A DNA stretch of 64,000 nt from Heteronotia binoei (lineage: Eukaryota), in assembly GCF_032191835.1 (NCBI RefSeq), contig NC_083232.1, positions 34,596,001 through 34,660,000 on the forward strand, written 5' to 3'. Within the stretch, counting starts at the first letter, position 1; every line of letters starts with the position of its first letter. The notes beneath the pieces are model-generated. The model saw nothing but the letters and a program-made list of their open reading frames with translations, made no database searches and was not told the origin of the DNA. The translations under genes and the position numbers were made by a program. Shown here piece by piece: positions 62,116-64,000 of this stretch.

Positions 62116-64000
62116 TTTTGGATCAGAACTTTGGCATGCAGGGAGTGGGTGCTTATATTTCACCTGCCCCTCCACAAACACTATTTTCCAGACCTGAATC
62201 ACCTCTGTCCAGTGCTCCTTAGCCGAACGGGGCAATGTCTGTGTACCCCACAAGCAGGCCTGTAGCTACAGAGGGGCCCAGAGCGACCAGGCCACTCTAT
62301 TCAAACGCCCCTTCCATCTGTATGGCCCCTCCACTGGAGGGCCTCCAGTCTGCCCCCTTTACTCACCTCCACTCTGAACAAGTTAAGCATTGTTACTGTA
62401 GAAGCTTCAGATTGGCACAGGGCAGTGGGAGAAGCCTACTTGCAGCTGGATCCCCCTGGAAGGTTTACTGAGTTAGACAAAGGGGGGGGGGCTGCAGCTT
62501 TACTTGAGAAGTACAGAAAATGCTTAGGGCCAAACCGGGTGCCCCCCCCCAACCAAAAAATGCTGCTGCTGGGCCACCAAATATGAAATCCTGACTACGG
62601 CCCTGCCCACAAGCACCTGTGGAAACCCAACAAGGAAAATACTGTCCCCTCCCCCCCCCCGCAAGCTGTTTCAAGTTGGGACAATGGTGCAGTAAGAAGC
62701 TGGAGGTCCTTTACCTTCCACACTGCAGCGTCCTGAGCACCCAGGAACTGAATTCGCAGCAAGGAACTCACAAGTGCATGTAGAGCTGGGGAAAAGCCAG
62801 GTGACAACTGATGTGGGATTGGGCTCTCAGTTACCCCTAAGGGATTCCTGGGAAAGTTAAAGGCCTGAACCTGTGCACTGAACAAGCATGAACACATGAA
62901 GCTGCCTTATTCTGAGTCAGAGCACTGGCCTATCAAGATCAGTAAGGTCTTCTCTGACAGTGGCTCTCCAGGGTTTTGGGTTGAGGTCTTTCATAACTTA
63001 TGCTATCTGATCTTCTTTAAATTGGAGATGCCAGGAATTGAACCTGGGTCACAAGCTCCTCCCCCATGCCAAATGCTGCATGGTCTGATGATGTCACCAC
63101 ACCCTATTTCATGAAGCAAGGCCCCTTGGTCTGCTCCTGCTCTGGCTGCAATCCCTGCTGCAGTGCTCAGTGGCCACCACTGATGGGTGTCCGGTTTGGA
63201 GGCCCAGTCAGTGCAGTCAGCTATGTGCCTCTCTGCACAGCCATTGCCCTGATACATATTGGGCCCACCCCAGCTATGTAACAGGCCCCCATGATCCAAT
63301 CAGCAGTCCTTCAGGCAGCCCCTTTCGTCAAATGTGGTTCTCTTATGCTCGACTTGAATTATGACTCTTGGTTGCAGAGAGGCATAAACTAGGGCCTCTT
63401 GGATGGACAACCAGTAAAAGGAATGGAAGAAATGTATGGGGGGGGGAGAGAAGAGAATTGTAGAGCTGGTGTTTTGTACGACTCAATGTGTTTCTCATGG
63501 GAGAAGCAACATACTCTTGGTTACTCTCCATCTGTTACTCCGCAGCCTGTACATTTCTCAGTAAGCTGATTTACACTTCCGTGCCCCAACTGCTATCCTC
63601 ACAAGGAAGCAAACTCCAGAGAGGCCCCCAAACTTGCCATGACAGATGATACCATGTCATCTTATCCCATGCTGCAGAAATGGTAACGGCTTGGAGCAAG
63701 GAGGGCAGAGGGTGAGAAACGTTGCTGCAGACAGCTGTAACATCTGAGCTGTGCTTTTGTTTGCTTTTCCTGCTTCCCAGTATAAAGCTCAGGTGTAGCC
63801 AGAGGCACCCTTGAGTTTGTGCCATGTGCAAGTTGGTTTACGAGATCCAGACCCACCCGATGATTGCTTGATCTCTTTAAAATTGTACTTTTTTCTATTA
63901 GATTTTTATTGGATTCCCACCCACCCCCCTACTGTTATAAGCTGCTCTGAGTCCCTTTGGGGAGAAAAGTGAAGGAAGTTAAAAAGTACATAAATACAAA

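Overview
Vertebrate genomic DNA, almost certainly from a squamate reptile and probably a gecko, judging from its Sauria/Squam1, Squam3-type and 5S-derived SINEs, CR1/L2 LINE ends and MITEs. The only gene I can identify confidently is the 3' end of SPAG6 on the minus strand: three coding exons at 54007-54123, 53179-53324 and 46718-46784, with canonical GT-AG sites and matching phases. The upstream SPAG6 exons are not in the window. Everything left of about 46 kb is downstream of SPAG6. In human and chicken that side leads to PIP4K2A, but I found no PIP4K2A exon here. This stretch has two CpG islands with no assignable gene (about 1.45-2.5 kb, carrying an RFX X-box and a CTCF motif, and about 36.8-37.3 kb) and many transposon relics, several with readable TSDs and nested insertions. 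The most unusual structures are a double palindrome with 1-nt spacers at 36.0-36.5 kb, a 287-bp CpG-rich palindrome at 18.4-18.7 kb, an LTR nested in an LTR-like element at 38.1-39.8 kb, and a possible but unverified spliced ORF at 16.7-18.3 kb. I cannot support a claim of a new biological system. Repeat family names come from recognising motifs, not from database searches, and repeat boundaries without a stated TSD are approximate.
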